Shown piece after piece: positions 1 through 9,083 of a stretch of DNA of 64,000 nucleotides. The stretch lies in IMG/VR virus record IMGVR_UViG_3300021226_000189. One strand, 5' to 3'. The notes beneath the pieces were generated by a model. It saw nothing but the letters and a program-made list of their open reading frames with translations, was not told where the DNA came from and made no database searches. The DNA comes from a virus. Each line of letters starts with the position of its first letter. Within the stretch, counting starts at the first letter, position 1. The translations under genes were made by a program, and so were the position numbers.

Positions 1-52
1 ATTTCTACTTCCATGAGTCTATTTATGCTAAAGACATAAGTGTCAAGTTTTA

Positions 53-574
53 TTATCTAACTGGTCTGGTATTTTTATTTTTTTTAACTGGTCTGGTATT
101 TTTATCATTTAACGGTCTAGCACTATTATCCCAATACTCATTACCCATGAAATGATTGGATACTGGTTTAATGATCCATTTGAATTCATCTTTATCTTTA
201 TTAAACAAAATCACTGCTTGTGGTCTGGCATATTTTCTACCAGGAACGGTTTCCCCCGTTTGTTGATTTATACCTTTTTGAGCTACCTGTAAAACATAAT
301 GCTGCCCATCAGGAAAGTTTTTACCTTTTTTAATTTTTCCCTGTTCGGTAGGAACTGGAACGTAACCCTGTTCTTCCATCCAGTCTAACATACGTTCCTC
401 TAGAGTTTGATATGCCTTTCTAATTCTTCTATAAGCTTCTCTACCACCTTGTTTGATATTGGAAATATTTTTCGCAGTCTGTGGCATAATAACACTACCA
501 ACTTCCTTCAAACCTTGTCCGAAAGCTGACCAAAATCCTTCTTCAAGTAATTCTTTTTGTTTAATTTTATACAT
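53..574 (-). CDS. Hypothetical, probable head-associated protein
   Basis: 173 aa ORF; N-terminal KELLEEG resembles an L-x-E prohead-protease site; last gene of a minus-strand late operon. Confidence 0.55.
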   Translation of the reverse strand: MYKIKQKELLEEGFWSAFGQGLKEVGSVIMPQTAKNISNIKQGGREAYRRIRKAYQTLEERMLDWMEEQGYVPVPTEQGKIKKGKNFPDGQHYVLQVAQKGINQQTGETVPGRKYARPQAVILFNKDKDEFKWIIKPVSNHFMGNEYWDNSARPLNDKNTRPVKKNKNTRPVR

Positions 575-1025
575 CTACTGTTATATTTTGGTTTGCTACA
601 TTATTCAATGCTACATCAATCAGAGCATCCAATTCGTCTTTGATAAAATCTTTTCCAATTAAAACTTTATGATCGTTGGTGGATCTATTTCCGATTGAAA
701 AAGGAATACTGGTAAATTTTTTACCACCGATAATACAGTCAAATAAACAAACTGGTCTATCAACGGTGTTGCCCTCTCCGATATTTATTCTTATGGTATC
801 TTCAACAGGTTTCTCTAATCTCATGGCATTGACAGTTGTAAATCTTACTATTTGATTTTTTGTTTTTTTATCTTCACCCCACTCAACATCTTCACCGTGT
901 AACACATTGTGTGCGCCATTACCAGAATCTAATTTAGCTGGTATAGTTCCGATTCCTTCGATTTTAATGTCTTCGACTAAACCCAAGACATTTTTTTCCA
1001 CAAAAAATTGTTTGAAACTTCTCAT
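567..1025 (-). CDS. Retropepsin-like aspartic protease (RimK-associated 'ATP-dependent Zn protease' family)
   Basis: AKLDSGN catalytic D-S-G motif, RPV, and C-terminal R..VLIGKDFI typical of the family; N-terminus MRSFKQFFVE. Confidence 0.8.
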   Translation of the reverse strand: MRSFKQFFVEKNVLGLVEDIKIEGIGTIPAKLDSGNGAHNVLHGEDVEWGEDKKTKNQIVRFTTVNAMRLEKPVEDTIRINIGEGNTVDRPVCLFDCIIGGKKFTSIPFSIGNRSTNDHKVLIGKDFIKDELDALIDVALNNVANQNITVDV

Positions 1026-1030
1026 TCATT

Positions 1031-1492
1031 TTAGAATCGGTTGAAATCATCAGCTTGTTCAAAGCCAGTATTTGCAAAATCAGCTTTAGCATCGAGACGA
1101 TGCCAGACATCAGAAACATAAGTAGAAGAAATAGTAATAGCAGAGACCATCCAATCTTCAAATTCCGCAGAATCTTTCATATCATAGAGTCTTTTAGCAT
1201 ATTCGGCAAGCTTTTTCAATTCGGAAACCAAAACTTCATTCACTTCATGGGTTTCTACTGGACCGACTGGATCAATTTCCATGACCATTCCTTGGGCTTT
1301 TCCACCACCTAAATCATCCGACATGTCATCATCAAATTCCATCCCATCATCTTCAAATTCGTCGTCACCGAATTCATCATCGGAAAAGTCATCTTCCATG
1401 TCCATATCAAGATCGTCATCAAATCCTTCGTTGATGGTTTTACCACGGAAAGACTTCCAAATCATTTCATTTTCTTCTCCTTTGAATTTCAT
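1031..1492 (-). CDS. Acidic probable internal head protein
   Basis: D/E-rich; leader ENEMIWKSF..INEG; TAAATA 5 nt before ATG. Confidence 0.55.
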   Translation of the reverse strand: MKFKGEENEMIWKSFRGKTINEGFDDDLDMDMEDDFSDDEFGDDEFEDDGMEFDDDMSDDLGGGKAQGMVMEIDPVGPVETHEVNEVLVSELKKLAEYAKRLYDMKDSAEFEDWMVSAITISSTYVSDVWHRLDAKADFANTGFEQADDFNRF

Positions 1493-1497
1493 AATAT

Positions 1498-1503
1498 TAT
1501 TTA
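1498..1503 (-). promoter_or_regulatory. gp55-type late promoter TAAATA
   Basis: 5 nt before ATG 1492. Confidence 0.65.
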
Positions 1504-1905
1504 GCTAATTGAATCTAAATTATCTCTCAATTCTTGTCCTTCTTGTGCAGGTCGAATTATAGGAAGTATTTGAGTTTGATAAATATCCTTCGCAGTTTTG
1601 CCCGAACTTTGAATTGTTTTGACAGTATCTGGTTTTTTCAACAAATCTAAGAAATTTTCTAAAACAATTCTGTCATTACCTGATGGTCTAGGCTCCATTA
1701 AAGCTGCTAATACCACATCTTCGATATAACGAATTTCTGCTTGAGAACTCAATGGAATTGTTTCTGGTTCTTCCGCTGGCATTGGAGGTGCTTCTTGCCC
1801 CATATCTGCACTCGGATCACCTTCCATACCCATCTCAGGATTTTGTTCATCCTGTTCAACGATGCGGCGGTAATGCTCAATTAATCTTAAAGTTTTCGAT
1901 TTCAT
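1501..1905 (-). CDS. Hypothetical probable head protein
   Basis: 134 aa; leader LRLIEHYRRIVEQ. Confidence 0.5.
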   Translation of the reverse strand: MKSKTLRLIEHYRRIVEQDEQNPEMGMEGDPSADMGQEAPPMPAEEPETIPLSSQAEIRYIEDVVLAALMEPRPSGNDRIVLENFLDLLKKPDTVKTIQSSGKTAKDIYQTQILPIIRPAQEGQELRDNLDSIS

Positions 1906-1906
1906 A

Positions 1907-2314
1907 TTATCTTACTGCGCTAACTCTCAATGTTTGTGATGCTTTATCAATCGCTTTCAAAGTCTCTTCGTTACGTTTTTTCAAATAGTTATTCAATTTC
2001 GGAATCACTTTTTTATCACCCTCCTCTTTAGTCTTCTTCAACTGTCTTTTAGTCGTCATGAAGGGTTTTTTGTAAATCGGTGCTTGGTCGTAACTATCAA
2101 TCGTATCGTCGGCAATTTTATCTGGATTGATCTGATAATTTTTTACGGCTTCCAAAACTACGTTACCCTTTTGAGTGTGTAGAATTATTTTATTTCCTTT
2201 AGAAGTAAAAGGAATTTTCTTTTCATGTAGAAACATTTTCGCCTCCAAAGCTGCATCCATTTTAGACTCATTTGCTGGATCATGTTCTTCAAGGATTTCT
2301 AAAAATTTGCTCAT
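1907..2314 (-). CDS. Hypothetical probable head protein
   Basis: 135 aa; leader MSKFLEILEE; TAAATA-N5-ATG upstream. Confidence 0.55.
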   Translation of the reverse strand: MSKFLEILEEHDPANESKMDAALEAKMFLHEKKIPFTSKGNKIILHTQKGNVVLEAVKNYQINPDKIADDTIDSYDQAPIYKKPFMTTKRQLKKTKEEGDKKVIPKLNNYLKKRNEETLKAIDKASQTLRVSAVR

Positions 2315-2318
2315 AGAA

Positions 2319-2819
2319 TTATTTAATCAAAATAGTCATCTTATTGGTAACTTCTTGAAAATATTGCTCATTGAGAAATGTGAGACCCTCTTTTTCCAAA
2401 TATTTGGAAATCTTTCGGAATGATGGTGTTTGTTTATTCTGAAACGCTGATTCAAATTCCGAGATCACTTCAGCGTTCCAAATTTTCAAAAGATATTCCA
2501 ATTTCTCAAAATCATAATTCTTCTCGATGATATTAATTTTGAATATTCTACGAACTTTTTTCAAAAGTTGATTACGAAACTTATCCTTTGTTAAAGTATT
2601 TGAAAAAAATACAAAATCTATTCTGGTGTATTTCAAAAATTCAGTGAATGTTTTGATAAATTCGTGAGTATACAATTTCTGATTATTTCTTTTAGAAAAA
2701 TCAAAAGTTGCCGTTAATCCTAAATTTTCCAACAGTATTGCAAAATTTTCATTGGTTTCTTTGAAAACCTCATCAATGTCAATGATCTGTTTGTTATTTC
2801 TGAAATAAATTCTACTCAC
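2319..2819 (-). CDS. Hypothetical protein
   Basis: 166 aa ORF with GTG start overlapping the upstream gene's stop. Confidence 0.55.
   Translation of the reverse strand: MSRIYFRNNKQIIDIDEVFKETNENFAILLENLGLTATFDFSKRNNQKLYTHEFIKTFTEFLKYTRIDFVFFSNTLTKDKFRNQLLKKVRRIFKINIIEKNYDFEKLEYLLKIWNAEVISEFESAFQNKQTPSFRKISKYLEKEGLTFLNEQYFQEVTNKMTILIK
2320..2325 (-). promoter_or_regulatory. gp55-type late promoter TAAATA
   Basis: 5 nt before ATG 2314. Confidence 0.65.
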
Positions 2820-3280
2820 AACCCAAGTGTAGCAGGATCTCTTTCGATGTCAACGTAATTTTTGGGGATGACTCCTAAGCGGACATTTAGAATGCCATTG
2901 TAATATCGTTGATCCATCAAAGCATTGCATTTGATTTGCCATATCAATTCTGCATAAGTCATATGGAATTTTGAGTAGCAGACCTCTATCACTTCTTTTG
3001 AGAAATGCTCAATCCCATATTTTTCAATGTCAGAAAGCAATTCTTTAGAAGAACCCCAATATTTCTCAACATCGTTATCAACATAAGAAATTCTATTGCG
3101 CGTTTTACCTTTCAATGGTTTGCGTTTTAACTTTTTGAGTAATTTCTTTTGTCCAATGTAGTATTTCTTTTTTGAATCTGGATGGTTATTGCGAATCAGA
3201 TACACGAATCCCACAACACCTTCCGTATCGGTTGGGAAATTTTTCCATGTGCTTGGGGCTTGACTTTCTGTTTTTTGCAT
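2816..3280 (-). CDS. GIY-YIG family endonuclease (Seg-like)
   Basis: GFVYLIRN...YYIGQKK and YWGSS motifs, E..VCYSK..AEL. Confidence 0.75.
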   Translation of the reverse strand: MQKTESQAPSTWKNFPTDTEGVVGFVYLIRNNHPDSKKKYYIGQKKLLKKLKRKPLKGKTRNRISYVDNDVEKYWGSSKELLSDIEKYGIEHFSKEVIEVCYSKFHMTYAELIWQIKCNALMDQRYYNGILNVRLGVIPKNYVDIERDPATLGL

Positions 3281-3709
3281 TTATATTTAATTATAATTGA
3301 TTTTGATTTATTATTATTTATTGTACATTAATCATAATCAATATCTAATGATAAGCTCATAGGTATTGTTTCGTTTTAATTTTTATATGTTATTATTTTT
3401 AACATTATTAATTATAACAATATCTAATTAAAAGATAATGATAAGCTAATCAATCAGATGATTTTTTTTTCTTTTATTTCTTTCTTTAGTTATCTTTAAT
3501 CAAAGTTAATATATAATCTATATCTAATGATAAGATAATTAATTATAATAATAAAATAGCTATTGACAAATGAATATGTCGTGCATAATTAATGGGAGGG
3601 GGGTGGGAATAGATGTACAATATATTAATCAAATATAGTTAAATTTAATCGCGGGAAAATTTTTGAAACATCCGTTTGACATCTAAAAAATCTGTGTTAC
3701 TTTCGAAAC
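3281..3709. other. AT-rich non-coding region between divergent gene blocks; candidate origin/control region
   Basis: Largest non-coding gap in the window; TATCTAATGATAAG at 3342 and 3521, partial copy at 3421-3448; G-run at 3594-3607. Confidence 0.4.
3676..3703 (+). promoter_or_regulatory. Sigma70-type promoter
   Basis: TTGACA-N16-TACTTT with TG extension, 6 nt before ATG 3710. Confidence 0.65.
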
Positions 3710-4636
3710 ATGGAACTGAATTACATCAAAAATATCGACGCAATGGCTGGATTGGAGGAATTACCCGACAAATCAATCCATTGTTGCGCCACCTCTCCAC
3801 CGTATTACAATCTTCGCCAATACACAGAAGATGAAAACGAATTTGGATTGGCAGAGACACCCGAAGATTTTGTCAATGGTTTATGTGATTATTATGATGA
3901 AGTCTACCGTGTTTTGCGAGATGATGGTGTGGTATTTGTCAATTTGGGTGATACCTATCTCGGAAGTGGTAAAGGTGTGTGGAAAGGTAGAGAAGAGGCT
4001 CAAAAGGAGTCTTTCCAATTCAAAGAAAAACCTAAAGAAAAATTGGGTGGCTGGAGAAAACCGAAACAATTGGCACTAATTCCTTTCCGTTTTGCCATTG
4101 AGATGCAGAACAGAGGTTGGATTTTGCGAAATAATATCGTTTGGCATAAGGGAAACGCACTGCCTCAAAGTGTGACAGATCGTTTTGTTGTTGATTTTGA
4201 ATCGGTTTTCATGTTTGTGAAAAGCAAATCATATTATTTCAAACAACAAATTGAACCATTCGCCAATGCTTCCAATCCGAATGAAGTGTATACAGGTGAA
4301 GCTACGAAGGATTACGAGTCTCAGAAGGCTCAGAACCCAAGTGATACCAAAAGACGCATTTTAGAGGGTATGCGTAAGCGAGGAGGACGATCCATGCGAG
4401 CAGTGTGGAAGATCAATACCAAACCCAACAAGTCCGTTCATACAGCGACATTTCCTGAAGAATTGGTGGAACGTATGTTGAAAAGTGGTTGTCCTGAAAA
4501 CGGTGTTGTATTAGACTTTTTCATGGGTTCAGGAACAACAGGTGTTGTCGCCAAAAAATTGGGCATGAATTACATCGGATTCGATTTGAATCCTGAATAT
4601 TGTGAAGTCGCAAGAAATAGAATCAATTCTTTTTAA
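3710..4636 (+). CDS. DNA methyltransferase, N4-cytosine/N6-adenine, beta class
   Basis: TSPPY catalytic motif N-terminal; LDFFMGSGTT SAM-binding motif C-terminal. Confidence 0.9.
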   Translation: MELNYIKNIDAMAGLEELPDKSIHCCATSPPYYNLRQYTEDENEFGLAETPEDFVNGLCDYYDEVYRVLRDDGVVFVNLGDTYLGSGKGVWKGREEAQKESFQFKEKPKEKLGGWRKPKQLALIPFRFAIEMQNRGWILRNNIVWHKGNALPQSVTDRFVVDFESVFMFVKSKSYYFKQQIEPFANASNPNEVYTGEATKDYESQKAQNPSDTKRRILEGMRKRGGRSMRAVWKINTKPNKSVHTATFPEELVERMLKSGCPENGVVLDFFMGSGTTGVVAKKLGMNYIGFDLNPEYCEVARNRINSF

Positions 4637-4856
4637 TTTTCTTCTTACGTCTCTTTTTCAATTTACCTTTTCTGGTGGTGATTCCCATCCCATAAGGATT
4701 TCTAGCGTCTCCAGGTGCAAACCAGTCGGTGTTTTCAATACCTGCGTGTCCTGCGACATCACCACCGTAAACATCACCAGCAGTCATATCCTCATTCAAC
4801 ATTTGTTGATAAATATTGGCGATTTCATTTTTATCGTTGACAAAGGGTTGATTCAT
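4623..4856 (-). CDS. Small late protein with basic C-terminus, probable head protein
   Basis: 77 aa; leader IYQQMLNED; TAAATA-N5-ATG; tail RKGKLKKRRKKKIKKN. Confidence 0.55.
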   Translation of the reverse strand: MNQPFVNDKNEIANIYQQMLNEDMTAGDVYGGDVAGHAGIENTDWFAPGDARNPYGMGITTRKGKLKKRRKKKIKKN

Positions 4857-4861
4857 GTTAT

Positions 4862-4867
4862 TATTTA
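4862..4867 (-). promoter_or_regulatory. gp55-type late promoter TAAATA
   Basis: 5 nt before ATG 4856. Confidence 0.65.
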
Positions 4868-4871
4868 ATCA

Positions 4872-5243
4872 ATGAACGAAGAAGTAGTTGTCGATGAAAA
4901 ATTTTTAGGAGAGGTTATCACCGATTTGGTGAAATCTTTTGACGATGATTTGTATTCTAAAACAAACAATGAGTTGAAAGAAGATTGGTATTGGAATTGG
5001 AACCCTGAACATTCGGTGAAATACAATACCTACAAATTCTTCGACATGCTTTCAATGTATCAGCGCATTTGCAGACGTTGGGAAGAAAAACATAATGGAA
5101 TTACCTGTGTTGTAGAAAGGGTTCGTGATAAATATCTCATGCCAAAAATTCCTGAATTTTTGGAAATTTTAGAAAACCATTTCGAAAGAAGTTCTTCCGA
5201 TTTTAGGGATTATCAAGAAAATTTAGACGAAATTGAAAAATGA
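4872..5243 (+). CDS. Hypothetical protein
   Basis: 123 aa ORF in operon. Confidence 0.6.
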   Translation: MNEEVVVDEKFLGEVITDLVKSFDDDLYSKTNNELKEDWYWNWNPEHSVKYNTYKFFDMLSMYQRICRRWEEKHNGITCVVERVRDKYLMPKIPEFLEILENHFERSSSDFRDYQENLDEIEK

Positions 5244-5593
5244 TCAAAGTGGTGAACAAATCAACCCATAAACCAACGACCAACGATATTTACATTGGTC
5301 GTGGTTCAATTGTGGGTAATCCTTTTCATTCCAAAGAATCCAACCACCCTCAAGCTCTATGTAAAGTGGAAACCACTGAAGAAGCTATTGAGGGGTATAA
5401 AAAACATTTCGATCATTCCTATTTCAATGATGCGACTTTTCATAAATTTGTCCGTGAATTGATTAACCGAGAGTTGGATGGTTTGGATACAAATCTTGTT
5501 TGTTACTGCGCTCCGAATAAATGTCATGGGGATATTATTAAAAAATTTGTCGAAGATGCGTCGAACCAAATCCGCTGGTCTTCTTTTATGTGA
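5240..5593 (+). CDS. DUF4326-like protein
   Basis: VVN..DIYIGRGS..GNPF and LVCYCAP.KCHGD motifs. Confidence 0.75.
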   Translation: MIKVVNKSTHKPTTNDIYIGRGSIVGNPFHSKESNHPQALCKVETTEEAIEGYKKHFDHSYFNDATFHKFVRELINRELDGLDTNLVCYCAPNKCHGDIIKKFVEDASNQIRWSSFM

Positions 5594-5997
5594 AAAATAT
5601 GAGCTACGAACTGATTAAAAAATATCAACAACAATACGAAGAATTTACTAAGATAGATGACTTCAATCTCGAAGATGTTACACGCAGAGTTCCTGCTGAG
5701 AAGCATTTTTGGGTGTGTCGTCTTATTGATGCAAAGATTGAGAAGGACAAGCTCTACAAGCAGAAAGCAGTGACCAAACACACACTTCAGAAGAAGCTCA
5801 TTGGCGAGTCTCCAGTAGCTCTCAACAAGCAAGTTTTTGATGATCTGGATAAGACCCCTTCATTAGAAGCGATTAATCAAAAAATTAAAGAACAAGAGTA
5901 TCTCATCGAATATCTGGAAAAATTAGTAAGTCAGATTACTTTCATTGGTAATGATATTAAAAATATAATTGAAATCAAGAAAATCCAAGAACAATAA
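5590..5997 (+). CDS. uvsY: Probable UvsY recombination mediator
   Basis: 135 aa helical protein close upstream of uvsW; assigned by size and synteny only. Confidence 0.5.
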   Translation: MKNMSYELIKKYQQQYEEFTKIDDFNLEDVTRRVPAEKHFWVCRLIDAKIEKDKLYKQKAVTKHTLQKKLIGESPVALNKQVFDDLDKTPSLEAINQKIKEQEYLIEYLEKLVSQITFIGNDIKNIIEIKKIQEQ

Positions 5998-6212
5998 TGA
6001 TATTCAACATACATTCACACGAAGTAGATATTGCTAACTATAGAATTTGCATAGATACTAATAATACAACTACTCAAATTTCCAATGGGCAACGATTTGT
6101 TACAAATGTTATAATGGATGGTAATGATGATAATCTTAAATTGGCAACATCACTTAGATATTTGGCAGATATGTTGGAATTTCAATGGGAGACAATAGAA
6201 AAAGAGAATTAA
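5997..6212 (+). CDS. Hypothetical protein
   Basis: 71 aa, TAATG-coupled to upstream gene. Confidence 0.5.
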   Translation: MIFNIHSHEVDIANYRICIDTNNTTTQISNGQRFVTNVIMDGNDDNLKLATSLRYLADMLEFQWETIEKEN

Positions 6213-6215
6213 ATT

Positions 6216-6539
6216 ATGGAAAATAAACCAGAAGATTTTAAAGTATATCACCATGCAATTCCTGTAAAAGAGAGTTCGTATTCGTTTACAAGCGTTGGCG
6301 TATTACCTGAACTTATCGGGAAACCTTGGAATGAAATAACGATGTGTTATGTTCTTTCGTTGGAACCCGCTGCAATTAGAGTATCGGATGGAATGGTTAC
6401 ATTAGATTCTCACACAGGACGAATTACTGTCATAGTAAATGATGAAAATAATATCCAAAAAATTTACAAAGAAGTGAGAATACCTGTTCCAGATGACATG
6501 TTTGCTTCTGATCTACAACAGGCATTAATGAGATTGTGA
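6216..6539 (+). CDS. Potato inhibitor I / I78-like serine protease inhibitor
   Basis: LPELIGK (cf. WPELVG) and VTLDSHTGRITVIVNDENNI (cf. VTxDxRxDRVRxFVD). Confidence 0.55.
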   Translation: MENKPEDFKVYHHAIPVKESSYSFTSVGVLPELIGKPWNEITMCYVLSLEPAAIRVSDGMVTLDSHTGRITVIVNDENNIQKIYKEVRIPVPDDMFASDLQQALMRL

Positions 6540-7951
6540 TGATAACATTTGATTATAAAACAACAAAGCGACAAGCGCAATTGATTACGGATTCCGAAAC
6601 ACTCGGTATGATCCGTAATCATTTTTCTGTCAAAAATGAAGGAGCTTCTTTCGCTAAGAAAAGGGGACATAGATTTGTCAAAGATCGCAAGTATGCGATT
6701 ACTCCAACTGGTTTATTTGACTTTGGATTTTACGGGGAGATTCTGAAATATCTAAGAGATAATCAGATCACAGATATCACATTTACTGACGAATTCCGAG
6801 CCAGATTGAAATGTGGTATTGGGAAGTTTGAATTCAAAGATGAACTCAAATACGATGCTCGTTATTATCAAAAAGACTCCATTATAGCTGGTTTAGAGAA
6901 AGGATACGGTGTGTTCTTATTGGCGACAGGAGCAGGTAAATCATTGACTCAAGCATTGCTTATAGAAAATTACATAGAAAATGTTCCACGTGGAACATTC
7001 AAATGTTTTATTGTAGTTCCAGGTCTTTCTCTTGTAAATCAATTACAAAAAGATTTTGAGGATTATCAAGTAACATTTTCATATTCGGGTTGGACTGGTG
7101 ATAGTCCTCTCCAAGAAACTTCCGTTGTCATTTGTAACACCCAAAATTTGGCTTCAAAATTTGCCGATAATCCGTGGATACTTGATGTGGATTTATTAAT
7201 AGTAGACGAATGTCATGGTGTTAATAGTGATGCTAATTTATCTAAAATCATCAACAAAATCAAAACACCCAATAAGTTCGGTTTCACAGGGACATTATCT
7301 GACAAACCCCTAAATCAATGGAAAACACTTGGTGTGTTTGGTCCAGTAATTTACGAGAAGAAATCTAAAGAATTGAGAGATGAGAAATATCTATCGAACG
7401 TTGCTATTAATGTTTTGAAATTGAATCATCCAAAAACCCATAAATTGAATTACAAAGAAGAATTAAAATATTTATATGAAAACGAAAGGCGTAATAATTT
7501 CATTTCTAAATTGGTCGGCAAACTTAATGGTAACGTTCTTATTATGGTCAATCATTTGGAGCATGGCGATGCTTTACTATCTACTCTGTCTAATGGATTG
7601 GATAGACCTATATATTTTGTCAAAGGTGAAGTCGATGTTCAGGATAGGCAAAAAATAATTGACATGATGGAAAAGAGTGATAATATCGTTTGTATTGCAA
7701 TGTCATCTATTTTTTCCACGGGTATTAACATCAAAAATCTTCCAAATATTATGTTTGTTGGATTGGGTAAGAGTTTTATCCGTGTTGTCCAATCCATTGG
7801 TAGGGGACTTCGTTTACATGAAAGTAAAGATAAATTGAGGATATTTGATATCACTGATAATACCAAATACTCATCTTCCCATGCTTTACACAGACAAGAG
7901 ATTTACGATACAGAAGAAATTTATTGGAATGAAAGAATTATTGAAATATGA
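6536..7951 (+). CDS. uvsW: UvsW SF2 DNA helicase
   Basis: LATGAGKS Walker A, VDECH, GFTGTL, QSIGRGLR. Confidence 0.92.
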   Translation: MMITFDYKTTKRQAQLITDSETLGMIRNHFSVKNEGASFAKKRGHRFVKDRKYAITPTGLFDFGFYGEILKYLRDNQITDITFTDEFRARLKCGIGKFEFKDELKYDARYYQKDSIIAGLEKGYGVFLLATGAGKSLTQALLIENYIENVPRGTFKCFIVVPGLSLVNQLQKDFEDYQVTFSYSGWTGDSPLQETSVVICNTQNLASKFADNPWILDVDLLIVDECHGVNSDANLSKIINKIKTPNKFGFTGTLSDKPLNQWKTLGVFGPVIYEKKSKELRDEKYLSNVAINVLKLNHPKTHKLNYKEELKYLYENERRNNFISKLVGKLNGNVLIMVNHLEHGDALLSTLSNGLDRPIYFVKGEVDVQDRQKIIDMMEKSDNIVCIAMSSIFSTGINIKNLPNIMFVGLGKSFIRVVQSIGRGLRLHESKDKLRIFDITDNTKYSSSHALHRQEIYDTEEIYWNERIIEI

Positions 7952-8385
7952 GTAATAAAAATGCGTATTATGTGAACTCCAGAGAGTTTCGAGAACAGTT
8001 GATGAATTATTATGAGTCTGATAAGATGACTAATGAACTCGCCACGAATATTGTTAAGATAGCAGAGGGTCTATCATATAACCATCGCTTTATTCGATAC
8101 TCTCGAAGTTGGAAAGAGGAAATGGTCGGTGATGCAATTGTGAAGATGTATCACGCTTTGGAGAAAAAGCTTTATAACATTGAATCAGAATTCAACCCCT
8201 TCTCATATTTTAATCGAATAGCATGGAACGCTTTCACGAATCGTATCAATAAGGAAAAGAGTCAACATGAGGGGTTGAACGAATACAAAGAGATAGTATA
8301 CATGGAGCATATGTCTGGTCCCGATTCAATGGGTCATGTGTATGTGAAACCAGTGATGGAAGGAGACGAATACGACGATGAATAA
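7948..8385 (+). CDS. gp55: Late-transcription sigma factor gp55
   Basis: YYVNSREF, F..Y...EEMVGDA, NPFSYFNRIAWNAF; position before gp47. Confidence 0.85.
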   Translation: MSNKNAYYVNSREFREQLMNYYESDKMTNELATNIVKIAEGLSYNHRFIRYSRSWKEEMVGDAIVKMYHALEKKLYNIESEFNPFSYFNRIAWNAFTNRINKEKSQHEGLNEYKEIVYMEHMSGPDSMGHVYVKPVMEGDEYDDE

Positions 8386-9079
8386 ATTATTGAAATTGAT
8401 TGGATTCGAAAGAAGAGGTTATGATTCGGACACTTATCATTTTAAATGGGGGGAAATTTCATGGCATCCGAAAAAATGGGAATTATCTTTAAGATATTGT
8501 AATTTTGGGTGTTGTGAATCTCATGATCTTTTAATTATTAAACCTTTGTTTTGCTCTATTTACATTCATCTGTCGGATGAATATGATAGACCTTGGGATG
8601 ACAACGGATTTAGTTATGGATTTTATATTTATGATTGGAACTCTCTGAATTTGGGATGGGGTGAACACTCTAAATCTTGGGATTTCCCATACATAGCGAG
8701 AGAATGGAAAAGAACTGAAATATATGATACTGATGGTGTTCATTGGTTTACTGAAAAAAAAGGTGATAAGTCATGGGATGAAAAATATGAAATCCAAAAT
8801 AATATTAAAAAATCTTATCCTTATAAGTATGTTTTGAAAAACGGTCACATTCAGGAAAGAATAGCCAAAGTTCATGTATCAAACATGGTGTGGTCACGTA
8901 AATGGTTTCCTTTTTTAGAGGTTAATAGGAGATGTATTGATGTTGATTTTTCTGATGAAGTTGGAGAAAGAACTGGTGAATGGAAAGGTGGTTGTATTTC
9001 ATGTGGTTATGAATTGAGAGAAGGGGAAACACCCGAAGAATGTTTGAGAAGAATGGAAAAAGAAAGGAAATTTGAATAA
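8378..9079 (+). CDS. Hypothetical protein
   Basis: 233 aa Trp-rich ORF. Confidence 0.65.
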   Translation: MNKLLKLIGFERRGYDSDTYHFKWGEISWHPKKWELSLRYCNFGCCESHDLLIIKPLFCSIYIHLSDEYDRPWDDNGFSYGFYIYDWNSLNLGWGEHSKSWDFPYIAREWKRTEIYDTDGVHWFTEKKGDKSWDEKYEIQNNIKKSYPYKYVLKNGHIQERIAKVHVSNMVWSRKWFPFLEVNRRCIDVDFSDEVGERTGEWKGGCISCGYELREGETPEECLRRMEKERKFE

Positions 9080-9083
9080 TAAT

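Noticed and set aside
58-104. 20-bp direct repeat TAACTGGTCTGGTATTTTTA
   Set aside because: A simple duplication in the C-terminal codons (NTRPV twice) of ORF 53-574; no sign of wider significance.
3281-3709. tRNA or structured ncRNA
   Set aside because: Too AT-rich, with no cloverleaf or T-loop motif; no tRNA was recognised anywhere in the window.
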